64,000 nucleotides of DNA from Candidatus Bathyarchaeia archaeon. GTDB lineage: Archaea; Thermoproteota; Bathyarchaeia; Bathyarchaeales; Bathycorpusculaceae. The DNA is taken from positions 1 to 64,000 of the forward strand of contig JBEKKX010000001.1 of assembly GCA_050010515.1 (NCBI GenBank), in the 5' to 3' direction. The stretch's first letter is position 1; each line of letters begins with the position of its first letter. Below the pieces are notes generated by a model. It was not told the origin of the DNA, did not search any database, and saw nothing but the letters and a program-made list of their open reading frames with translations. Positions 41,996-50,898 of this stretch are shown piece by piece. Both the position numbers and the translations under genes were made by a program.

Positions 41996-42448
41996 TTAGG
42001 CCTCCTTCCTGAAGAAGAAAAGCACGCGATCGCCATGTGAGTCAGGCGGTATGCTCAGAATTTTGAGCGCCACTTCATCGCCCACGTGGATGTCCTTCGG
42101 GTCGGTTTCAACTATAGAGCTTAATAAACGTAAACCATTATCCAAGTCTATAACGGCATGTATCAATGGTGCTTTAAACTGAGGTGGTAGGGCTCCAACT
42201 TGGACCGAGAAGGCGTAAACTTTGCCTTTCTTGGGTATTTCAACATACTCTATTTCTTCTGATAGACATTCAGGGCAGATCGCTTCAGGGGGCCAGAACA
42301 TGTAACCACATGCTTTGCACTTTGTTGTAGTTAGTTTGCCTTGTTTTAGGTTTTCAAAAAACCCCCAAAGCTTTGTTTCATCTTTGTTTTGTTGTGGGAA
42401 TATATCCATGACATAAGAATAGTCCTTGTGATCTCCCGCCTCGCTCAT
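41996..42448 (-). CDS. DUF35 Zn-ribbon/OB-fold thiolase partner protein
   Basis: CKACG...PPEAICPEC, GKVYAFS. Confidence 0.9.
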   Translation of the reverse strand: MSEAGDHKDYSYVMDIFPQQNKDETKLWGFFENLKQGKLTTTKCKACGYMFWPPEAICPECLSEEIEYVEIPKKGKVYAFSVQVGALPPQFKAPLIHAVIDLDNGLRLLSSIVETDPKDIHVGDEVALKILSIPPDSHGDRVLFFFRKEA

Positions 42449-42460
42449 ATTGATAACTCC

Positions 42461-43648
42461 TCAATCAACCCCGCTCTTGTATATGATAACGTGATGCTCC
42501 CCCAAGCCACTGAGGTTGTGGTTAAGGGCGGTCTTCGCATCTTTTACTTGTCGCTCGCCTGCCTCACCTCTTAATTGAAGGAATATTTCGTAGGCTTGAG
42601 CAATTCCGGTGGCACCAAATGGATGACCACAAGCGATGAGACCGCCTCGTGGGTTAATCACGATTTGTCCACCGTAATCAGATAATCCGTTTTCCACGAA
42701 CTTACCGCCTTCTCCTTTTTTGCACCAGCCGAACTCTTCTGTTTCGATTATTTCAGATATGCTGAAGCAATCGTGAATTTCTGCTAGATCAATGTCTTCC
42801 GGTTTTACACCAGCCATTTCGTAAGCTTGTTTTGCTGCTAACTTCAGGGCGGGCCACTCGGACCAATCTTTGTGAGCTGCCGCCCAACTGCCATTCAAAC
42901 AAACTTGACCTGTTCCGACTAGGTAAACAGGCTTGTCAGTGAGTTCTTTGGCTTTTTCTTCAGATGCCAAGATAATTGCTGCGGCGCCATCAGTATTTGT
43001 GCAACAGTCGAATAATTTCAACGGACTAGACACCACTTTTGAACACATTATCGTTTCCAGTGAAACCTTGCCGTGTTTCTGGTATCTTTCATAATGATGA
43101 GCATAGGGAGTTTTTGTTGCGTGGGCATGATTCTTCAGTGCCACCTTGCCAAGCTGCTCTTCAGTTGTCCCATATTTTCTCATATGAGCTTGAGCTACCA
43201 TAGCGAAGAGAGATGGTGGATTCATGCCAAAGCAGCCTTCCCATTCTTTGTCAGTTGCAGAAGAGGCGTTAAAAAAAATTTCGTCGTGTGAAGGAATAAG
43301 AAGTTTTTCCGCGCCTACGCACATGACCATGTCCACATATCCGCTTGCAATAGCCCACCAAGCGGTACGTAACGCAGTAGTTCCACTAGCACATTGGTTT
43401 TCAACACGCATGTAAAGTTTCGTTGGATGTACACCCAAGACTTGCGCCATAAATGAGGCTGGATGAATTTGAATAGCGGTCCGCTCAGAATAAGCTGTGG
43501 CAAGTATAAATCCTTGGATGTCTTTGTTCGAGATATTTGAGTAACTATCGAAGCACACTTTGCCGGCTTCTTGAACTAACTGGCGAAACGTTGCAGCTCT
43601 TTTTCCCCACTTGTTTACGCCACCGGCCACTATTGCTACTCGTTTCAT
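42461..43648 (-). CDS. Archaeal/SCP2-type thiolase
   Basis: ENQCASG, DGAAA, IHDCF, GHPFGATG. Confidence 0.92.
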   Translation of the reverse strand: MKRVAIVAGGVNKWGKRAATFRQLVQEAGKVCFDSYSNISNKDIQGFILATAYSERTAIQIHPASFMAQVLGVHPTKLYMRVENQCASGTTALRTAWWAIASGYVDMVMCVGAEKLLIPSHDEIFFNASSATDKEWEGCFGMNPPSLFAMVAQAHMRKYGTTEEQLGKVALKNHAHATKTPYAHHYERYQKHGKVSLETIMCSKVVSSPLKLFDCCTNTDGAAAIILASEEKAKELTDKPVYLVGTGQVCLNGSWAAAHKDWSEWPALKLAAKQAYEMAGVKPEDIDLAEIHDCFSISEIIETEEFGWCKKGEGGKFVENGLSDYGGQIVINPRGGLIACGHPFGATGIAQAYEIFLQLRGEAGERQVKDAKTALNHNLSGLGEHHVIIYKSGVD

Positions 43649-43717
43649 GTTATGACCTAAAACTCGTCATACGATTCGATTATTTAAGTTTTCTAGCACG
43701 CACCGCTGCAGGACAGC

Positions 43718-44060
43718 GAATATTTATTCTCTCTAATTACAGGCATAAAACAAGCAGAATACACGCGTACACAGTTACGGAATATTCCCAGTTTACGCAA
43801 ACTTGCTCCAGAACCTATTATGGAGATCAACCTCATTACCGCAAGAAAAAACAACGTCATAAATGGCGAGACCAACATAATCGAGACAAAAAAGAGAAGC
43901 ATAAAGATTAAGGTAAAGATAACTGAAACGATAATTCCAAATGTCGTGGCGATTCCGCATGGCTGAGCTAACGCCAATGAAAATGAATTGACTGTTACTG
44001 AAAATTTCGATCCAATTTGGGTCTTCCAGCACCGAAAGGCGCGCCTTACAGAATTAGAAG
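43718..44060 (+). pseudogene. Relic of a Mo/W-bisPGD oxidoreductase C-terminal (molybdopterin dinucleotide-binding) domain
   Basis: Manual translation: EYLFSLITGIKQAEYTRTQLRNIPSLRKLAPEPIMEINLITARKNNVINGETNIIETKKRSIKIKVKITETIIPNVVAIPHG*ANANENELT..FDP. TGA at 43964 replaces the conserved PHGW Trp; no start codon. Confidence 0.75.
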
Positions 44061-44179
44061 TACAGAATCGCACTCCCCTTTCGTTCCTTTCCAATGTCGG
44101 TGAGAGATAGAGGAAAGAAATTTGTTAAGATTACGGAAAGGCTTGACGCATGGGCTTGATCTGCAAATTCCTTTTTTTA

Positions 44180-46201
44180 TTAAAGACCGACGAAGTTGGG
44201 TTTTCTTTTCTCCACGAAAGCTGATATTCCTTCTTTTGCCGCCCTTGTGCAGGCGACCTCTCCAAAGGCCTTGTAACCAATTTCCAAAGCCCCCTCAAAA
44301 GTCTTAGCCGTTGCAGCTTGTTTTATAGTTTTGTAGATTATTGCATCCACTTCTCTGCTAAGGGCTAAACCCTCAGCACTGGGTTTTTCAACCGTTTCCA
44401 GTTCCCCTATGTCAACTGGTTCATCCCGCACTCTTTGAATGTTACCCACACTATTTTTGACTTCGGATAAAGCAACTTCAATCAAGTCTGCATAACTGTC
44501 AGCAATTTTCGTTGTCAATTCCATGTTTAATGCTTCCTTGGCCGAAATTCTCCTCGCAAACCGTATGGCCTCTTGAAAGACTGGGAACGCGGACTTATCC
44601 CATTTCCTAAAGGGCACAACTATTCCGCCGATCCCTGGGAGAATGCCTAGGGTAACTTCAGGTAACTGGAACCACGCGTTCTCCGTTGTAACAATCTTGT
44701 GACAACGCATCACCAATTCAAAGCCACCTCCGAGTGCGTATCCGTTAACGGCAGCAACTACGGGCTTGGTAACCCGATCAAGATACCGCAACAGTCTGGA
44801 GGTATCACGAGCATACCCAGCTGCAGCTCTAGCGTCCCCTATCAGTTCAGGAAACTTGCTGATTTCTGCCCCAGAACAGAATGCTGAAGGTCCATATCCA
44901 GTGATCACGAAGCCCGTTACGTGTGGATTTGCTTCGCCTTCCTTAACGACCGACAGAATTTCCTCATTGACCTCATCGTTAAGGGCGTTCCTGACGTAGG
45001 GTCTCCTTATAGTAATTACTTTTACACTCTCCATGTCGTCGACTAGAATATGCCTATAAAAGGCTTGGTAGTACGAGAAATCCTTTTTCTGATCTGGCAT
45101 TCCAGGTTTTGATTCAGAGAACTTCTTCATTATCCTTGTGACCTCAGGTTCTCCCAGACCTCGCATTATGTCCAATGGACCACGTCTGAAACCGAGACCG
45201 ACTTGGCAACCTAAGTTAAGATCGGCAATTGACCCAATTGCTCTGTCAATCACATCGAAGGACTGCGAGAACAATATTCCTAATAGTCTTTCGCGAATTA
45301 ACTCCGCAATTTCTTTGGGAACCAGCACGTTACCTTCAACGCGCCATGTGTCCACAGACTTGAATATTTCCGCTGGTTTGTAGTGCTCGCCTTCTTCCAT
45401 CTGAATCGTGTTTGTCTTAACTATTATGGGATTACCCTTTGAAAAATTCAATACGAAAAAGGGCCCTGCAAAAACGAATTCCTGGGCCACTTTGTCTATC
45501 TGAGATGCCGTGGCGATACCCAACAAAAACCCAGATTCATTGCACCAGTTGTCAAATATCCTGTCAAGCATGAAACAAATTTCGTCTTTAGTGACTAATG
45601 GAACCTTGCCTAAAGCACAAAACAGCCAACAAAGGTAATGTACGAGTTCTGCATCTGCAGCCTCCCAATCTACGATTTCAACCGCCTCGTTCCTCCAAGC
45701 AGGTGAAAAAAAGTGAGTTACCGTTGCTCTCTTCTTGTTTCTCAGATCGGAAAAGATTCTCTTGGCAGGTAACGCACTAGTATTTGAGGCGATTACGGTC
45801 TCGCTGCCCACAAACGTTTCAATTAGGGCAAAGACTTTCTTTTTGATATTTATATCCTCTGTCACTGCTTCGATGACTATATCCGCGCCCGATATTGTTG
45901 AATAATCGGTAGTGTAAGTTATACCTGAGCCTATGTCTTCGGCTTCTTTTTCGCTGATCTTCTTGTATGACAGCGCCTTTTGAATGTAACTGTCGATCTT
46001 GCTTCTAGCATTATCAAGCTGTTTCAGGTCTATGTCAACAAGAATGAGTTTGAGGCTGGGTAGGGCGTACTTTAAGAAGTAACATATATCGGGTCCTATT
46101 GCGCCCGCGCCTATTAGGGCAACTTTTTTGGGGAGGGATCTTTTCGGTTCCCGAAGCAAAGGATTCTTATATTCCATCATGTTTCCAACCATTTCAGGCA
46201 C
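44180..46201 (-). CDS. 3-hydroxyacyl-CoA dehydrogenase / enoyl-CoA hydratase fusion (HAD N-terminal)
   Basis: GAGAIG, IEAVTED, SNTSAL, HFFSPA; then AFCSGAEI, NGYALGGGFEL, PEVTLGILPG. Confidence 0.92.
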   Translation of the reverse strand: MPEMVGNMMEYKNPLLREPKRSLPKKVALIGAGAIGPDICYFLKYALPSLKLILVDIDLKQLDNARSKIDSYIQKALSYKKISEKEAEDIGSGITYTTDYSTISGADIVIEAVTEDINIKKKVFALIETFVGSETVIASNTSALPAKRIFSDLRNKKRATVTHFFSPAWRNEAVEIVDWEAADAELVHYLCWLFCALGKVPLVTKDEICFMLDRIFDNWCNESGFLLGIATASQIDKVAQEFVFAGPFFVLNFSKGNPIIVKTNTIQMEEGEHYKPAEIFKSVDTWRVEGNVLVPKEIAELIRERLLGILFSQSFDVIDRAIGSIADLNLGCQVGLGFRRGPLDIMRGLGEPEVTRIMKKFSESKPGMPDQKKDFSYYQAFYRHILVDDMESVKVITIRRPYVRNALNDEVNEEILSVVKEGEANPHVTGFVITGYGPSAFCSGAEISKFPELIGDARAAAGYARDTSRLLRYLDRVTKPVVAAVNGYALGGGFELVMRCHKIVTTENAWFQLPEVTLGILPGIGGIVVPFRKWDKSAFPVFQEAIRFARRISAKEALNMELTTKIADSYADLIEVALSEVKNSVGNIQRVRDEPVDIGELETVEKPSAEGLALSREVDAIIYKTIKQAATAKTFEGALEIGYKAFGEVACTRAAKEGISAFVEKRKPNFVGL

Positions 46202-46292
46202 AACGTACTTTCAGCATTTCACGCCTGTCCTTATGAAATCAAGATAGAAGTTCTTAATCATATTCTGGCCCTGGTAACTTGTGTCGATCCAG

Positions 46293-47054
46293 CTAGAGAC
46301 CTAGTCCTCCTCCGTCGACTGATATCACTTGACCCGTCATATATCCCCCTTCGTCAGATGCGAATAATACGAATATGCCTGTAATCTCATCCGGGTTTTT
46401 GTCCAAATCCACCATTCTAGCCAGAACCCTGTTGTCAATCATTATTGGCTTGACTTTTTCTGGAACGTTCCTAGTCATATCCGTCCATGCAGCTGGGGCT
46501 ATAGCGTTAACTGTAATTCCGTATCTTCGCCCCAGCTCGAGCGCGCAGGTCTTGGTAAAACCTATGAGGGCAGCCTTAGCTGAGCTATAATTGACTTGAC
46601 CAACATTTCCCCTAAGCCCAGCGCGCGAGGTAACATTGATTATCCTTCCGCTTTTTTGCTGGATCATAATTTTGGCCGCAAATTGTGTACAAAGGAATGC
46701 ACCTTTGAGATGGACCGCTATCACTTGATCAAATTCTTCCTCTGTCATGTTGACCAAAAGATTGTCTTTTCCGAAACCTGCGTTGTTGACCAAAATATCA
46801 AGTTTTCCAAATTCTTTGACTGCAGTATTAATTACCCTCTCCGCGTCATCCTTCTTGGATACGTCCCCCGCACAGCCAACGGCTTTACCGGAACATACCG
46901 CATTAATCTCGTTTACAACTCTATCGACGTTTTCGGCAGTCCTGGCATTCACAACAACGTAGGCTCCTTCCTTAGCAAAACGTTTTGCAATAGCTTCACC
47001 GATACCTTTTCCCGACCCCGTAACGACTGCCACTTTACCATGTAGTCTTTCCAT
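46293..47054 (-). CDS. Short-chain dehydrogenase (FabG-like 3-oxoacyl reductase)
   Basis: TGSGKGIG, NNAG, NYSSAKA, NAIAP. Confidence 0.9.
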   Translation of the reverse strand: MERLHGKVAVVTGSGKGIGEAIAKRFAKEGAYVVVNARTAENVDRVVNEINAVCSGKAVGCAGDVSKKDDAERVINTAVKEFGKLDILVNNAGFGKDNLLVNMTEEEFDQVIAVHLKGAFLCTQFAAKIMIQQKSGRIINVTSRAGLRGNVGQVNYSSAKAALIGFTKTCALELGRRYGITVNAIAPAAWTDMTRNVPEKVKPIMIDNRVLARMVDLDKNPDEITGIFVLFASDEGGYMTGQVISVDGGGLGL

Positions 47055-47219
47055 ATTACATCCTCCAGACTATTTGGCTCGCGCGCGCTCTTTTCTCCAA
47101 GAAAACTTCAATTTCTGCTTCTCGATCTTCCAAAACATGACATGAAGCAAACAACTCTCACACGCCTCATGGATAGCGTTCTATCGAAAACGGAGCATAT
47201 ATAACTTTCTTTGAGCACG

Positions 47220-47540
47220 CGCTAGCGAGATTGTCTTCTCTGACTTTGCGGATGAATCTGCTGAGAACACTTCTGGGGTAGGCTGCTTCGCTTGGTTTGA
47301 TGAGGCACAGTTTTCTGAGCCGCAGGTCCATGTCGAGCTGTCTTGTCATTTCTCTTAAGCTGCGAACGGCCTTAATTCGCATAATGATGAAGGCTCTGAA
47401 AAACCCCAATGGGTTTCTTTGAGGTCTGCCGGGTCCGTCTGTGTGAAAGCACCCGAGCAAGGTTGCTTTGGCAAAGCTTAAGTCGATGTTTTAAAAGAGA
47501 GTTTCAAGGGTCTCGTGTTCATCTTGTCCCGCCGGGATTC
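47220..47540 (-). mobile_element. Truncated IS transposase N-terminal fragment (IS4/IS5/IS1182-like)
   Basis: GRPQRNPLGFFRAFIIM...SLREMTRQL...LRKLC...YPRSVLSRF. Upstream in-frame TAA (ETLF*NIDL) and no DDE domain. Confidence 0.7.
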
Positions 47541-47805
47541 ACCTCCTAAGCTTGGACGTTACTCAAAAATACGAGACCCCAACTACAAATTAATCATTAA
47601 TCAATCTCCGGACAAACCAGCGCCCTTCTGTGACATTTTTAGGGCGTGAAGACTATGAAGACAGCGATGAAAGACGGAAGGTGATTGTTCAAAAGCTAGA
47701 CACATTTAAAGAACATCCGGATAGGTTTATCCAGTTACGCGCACTAAGATACGCGTCTCAAGTCAACGGAACGGAACAAACAGGCTGCATAAGAGGAATA
47801 GAATT

Positions 47806-48576
47806 TTGCATGCGGAAATAAGTAATGAAGATGAGACCCCTGTTGAGAAAGGAAAAAGGATCGTCAAAGCAGCGTACGATGACGGAGTGACCTTGAGGTT
47901 GATTGGAGGCTTGGCAGTTCGATTTCACTGCCATGGACCTCATTCCTCGCACCTGCGGGCTTATAATGATATTGACTTATTCGGTTTGAACAAAGAACTC
48001 GGAAGAATATACTCAGTTTTTCAGAAACTTGGTTACTCTCCTAATGACAAATACAACGTCCTCTACGGCGCAACTCGTCTACAGTTCATTGACCAGAAAA
48101 GCGCAGGTCATGTAGACATATTCTTGGACAAGTTCATGATGGACCACACTCTTGATTTTAGACAACGCCTTCAGTTAGACAAACTGACGATCCCGATAAC
48201 AGATCTTTTGTTGACGAAACTCCAAATTGTTAGACTAGCCGCAAAAGACGCCACAGACATTATAGCTATACTGGAAGATCATGAGATCGGACTCGTAAAC
48301 GGTCAAGAAACATTAAACGTGGAATACATAGCGGAGCTATGCTCAAGCAATTGGGGTTTGCACAAAACAGTGACTGATAATCTGCTCAAGATGACTGAGA
48401 TCATTGAAAAGCGATCGTTGGAAGCCGCCGAAAGGAAAGATCTCGTTCGCAAACTCGAAGCTATTCAAAACATCGTAAAAATCAAGAAAAAAACACTCAG
48501 GTGGAGACTTCGCAGCGTCATTGGTGAAAGAGTTAGATGGTATCAGGATATCGAAAGCGGCGAAGGAGAGATCTAA
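47806..48576 (+). CDS. Nucleotidyltransferase-superfamily protein, paralog 2
   Basis: LRLIGGLAV...NDIDL...VDIF; LLLTKLQIV; aligns end to end by eye with 39913..40680. Confidence 0.7.
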   Translation: MHAEISNEDETPVEKGKRIVKAAYDDGVTLRLIGGLAVRFHCHGPHSSHLRAYNDIDLFGLNKELGRIYSVFQKLGYSPNDKYNVLYGATRLQFIDQKSAGHVDIFLDKFMMDHTLDFRQRLQLDKLTIPITDLLLTKLQIVRLAAKDATDIIAILEDHEIGLVNGQETLNVEYIAELCSSNWGLHKTVTDNLLKMTEIIEKRSLEAAERKDLVRKLEAIQNIVKIKKKTLRWRLRSVIGERVRWYQDIESGEGEI

Positions 48577-48832
48577 CCGAACGTAACAGCGCGCACAGCG
48601 CTTCTTCTCTTTTTTTTGGAGAAATATTAGTCAATTCCTAAGATAGTCTAACCGCAAGGACTAAACAGGCATGGAAAATGTCCAAAATTCTTCTTGCTGC
48701 CTTTCCGAATATTGAAAGATTCACAAGACAAACTGCGCGATGCGTTCAGAGACCATAACCATCGAAAAGCGTGTATTTACTGCTGAGCAATAGTACTATA
48801 GATGGGACTTGTGTCTAAGGGAGAAAAGGTTG

Positions 48833-49081
48833 ATGTACGCAAAAGACAAGGAAATCGAGATGCTTGCTTCAAAACAATCGTGTTTCAATGTTCACGGCGC
48901 TGGAAAACTGTATTTTAACGATGAAAAAAATCAGTTGCGCGAGTTAACTGGTGAAATTTTTGTGGTCTGAGACCCAGGGTGTCAAGTCATTTATGTGCAA
49001 ATTTCAAGTGGCGGAAAGCAATTTCTGATGCCCATTCAAAGTGTTGACTCGATTAAATGGGATAAGAAGACCAAAGAATAA
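48833..49081 (+). pseudogene. Small ORF interrupted by one in-frame TGA
   Basis: ATG 48833, TGA 48968-48970 (codon 46), TAA 49079-49081 all in one frame; AAGGT before the ATG. Confidence 0.35.
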
Positions 49082-49181
49082 CGCACGCGCTAAGTAGCTC
49101 TGCATCTGAAGTTAGCTGAAAACATCGTTAGTGTTATCCTTGCAAATATGCTCTAGAGTTTATTGTTTCTGGGTCTCATTT

Positions 49182-50486
49182 TCACATTAAGGGGGTTGAA
49201 GAGTTCATTTTGATGACGACTTTGTTATCTGAAAGCTTCGCCACATACTCCCAACCTTCAGCCAGATAATTGTTTGCTTCATCAACGGTGACAACTTTCT
49301 GTTTGGCACCGTTCGTTGTTTGCGTCCCCAATAGCTTCTTCTTAACGATGCCTTGAAGCTCTTCGTCGCTGATCGATGGTACGTCCATTTTGTCCAACTC
49401 TCCCTGGGTGAAGCCAGCCACCAACAAAAGTTGCTTCCTGAAGCTACCCCTAAGCTTCTCCTCGCTGGTTTCCTCCTTCATCTTAGTCTGTAAAAACTCT
49501 TCGCTTCTCGCGTAAGCCGCCCGCATATCCTCCACAACAGACTCAGGTAACCTTTGCTTGTTAGTTGTATACCGGTTTTCAATATCGCCTTTATGGCCCA
49601 TCCAAAACTGCCGATAATCCCTAAGCACTAAACCCTTCGACTCAGCAAGCAGTAACATCGTATCAAAATAGCACCGCAAAACGTACGGTCGCCAAGGAAG
49701 CCCAGCGCTTCTGATGGCTAGCCTCATCATATCTCCAATGTTCACTGTGCGTATGAAAGGTTTTTGAGCAAACTTGGGTTTAACAATGGCGGAGTCGGAT
49801 GTCAGCAGTTCGCCGTCTCTGAGGCGTTCTTCCAAGTAGTCTTTCAGGTAGCTACAGGCTTCTTCTGTTAGGAACGTGAAATATTGATGGCGGGCCTTGC
49901 TAAGGGCTGAGCGAACAATAATCATTGTGGGAGTCTTTTCAAAGCTTACTTCGGACCCTTTGATCTTGAGTTCGGGTAAGTCGCGCATTCTTAGACCATC
50001 TAAACCGTTATAGTTGCCAAGTGTCTCCAGTCTTAAGCCTGCATGGGCGATTATAGCGCAGGCTGTGCGGGCCTGTTTGCTTCCGGACAGGAAAATGCGT
50101 TTCAGTTCTTCTTTCGTGGGGACGCGTTCGTCATTGAGGGTCGGCGTCTCATAGGCACCCGTGATCCTTATCTTGCGTTTAAGCTGGATTCCACTGTGGG
50201 CAAGCCATGACTTGACGACCTTGGTCGTGTTGCGGATATAGCTACCTGCATGCTCCTTCTGTGCGGAGGTGACGTAGTCCATGAGGAGGTCTTCTAATTC
50301 CGTGACAGGTTTTCGCGCGAGTTGCCCTGGCGTTATGTCCATGAGCTGGCAGAAGTTCCCCAGATTTCGTAGGTAGATTTGGGCGCAGGCGGGTGAACCA
50401 CGGATAAGGTTCTCGTACCAGCGCCTCACATCTTTATCTTCAAGCAGATATCGGTATTTGGAGCGGGGATGAGGAGAATCAGACAA
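49182..50486 (-). CDS. Tyrosine recombinase / site-specific integrase
   Basis: HAGLRLE (R1), LSK, PYVLR (R2), WMGHKG, RY (catalytic Tyr); starts about 70 bp downstream of the tRNA-Gly 3' end. Confidence 0.9.
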   Translation of the reverse strand: MSDSPHPRSKYRYLLEDKDVRRWYENLIRGSPACAQIYLRNLGNFCQLMDITPGQLARKPVTELEDLLMDYVTSAQKEHAGSYIRNTTKVVKSWLAHSGIQLKRKIRITGAYETPTLNDERVPTKEELKRIFLSGSKQARTACAIIAHAGLRLETLGNYNGLDGLRMRDLPELKIKGSEVSFEKTPTMIIVRSALSKARHQYFTFLTEEACSYLKDYLEERLRDGELLTSDSAIVKPKFAQKPFIRTVNIGDMMRLAIRSAGLPWRPYVLRCYFDTMLLLAESKGLVLRDYRQFWMGHKGDIENRYTTNKQRLPESVVEDMRAAYARSEEFLQTKMKEETSEEKLRGSFRKQLLLVAGFTQGELDKMDVPSISDEELQGIVKKKLLGTQTTNGAKQKVVTVDEANNYLAEGWEYVAKLSDNKVVIKMNSSTPLM

Positions 50487-50557
50487 GTTTCTTCGCCTAT
50501 TCTAGAGTAAAATGCGGCTAAGCATAAAAGATTTTGGGTTTTGAACCTGAATTAAGG

Positions 50558-50630
50558 TGCGGTCACCGGGATTTGAACCCGGGTTGTCAGCTTGGGAAGC
50601 TGATGTCCTACCAAGCTAGACTACGACCGC
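50558..50630 (-). tRNA. tRNA-Gly (CCC)
   Basis: GCGGTCG-TA-GTCTAGCTTGGTAGGAC-A-TCAGC-TTCCCAA-GCTGA-CAAC-CCGGG-TTCAAAT-CCCGG-TGACCGC-A folds as a full cloverleaf with no intron. Confidence 0.96.
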
Positions 50631-50898
50631 AAACGCTTTTTTGCATTTAGACCTGTTTGTTTTAGGTTTGCGTGAATATATTGATTCTCTTACTGTTCTG
50701 ATTCAATGCTGACGCCTTCAGGTTTAGTAAGCTGTACCTTTTGAAACCTATAAAACCTCAAGAACTTCTTTCAATAATTGATGAAAAACCAAGGAAAAAT
50801 AACGGTTAAAAAATAAGTTGTTTCTTACTTTTAGCATCCGAGCAAGCATAATCGTTATCTCTAACTAGCCAGAAAGAATATCGAGGAGAAAAACAGCT

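Larger units (their letters stand above)
900..50557. mobile_element. Putative tRNA-Gly-anchored catabolic genomic island (left border uncertain)
   Basis: Integrase abuts the tRNA 3' end. The region holds accessory catabolic genes, a ParB-like gene, an IS fragment and relics, with core pur genes on the other side of the tRNA. No att duplication was found. Confidence 0.55.

Noticed and set aside
43693-44094. 133-aa minus-strand ORF that looks like a membrane protein
   Set aside because: It is the antisense shadow of the Mo-bisPGD domain relic on the + strand.
47630-47821. 63-aa ORF upstream of the second nucleotidyltransferase, possibly a phosphoesterase relic (TFLG)
   Set aside because: Similarity is limited to four residues.
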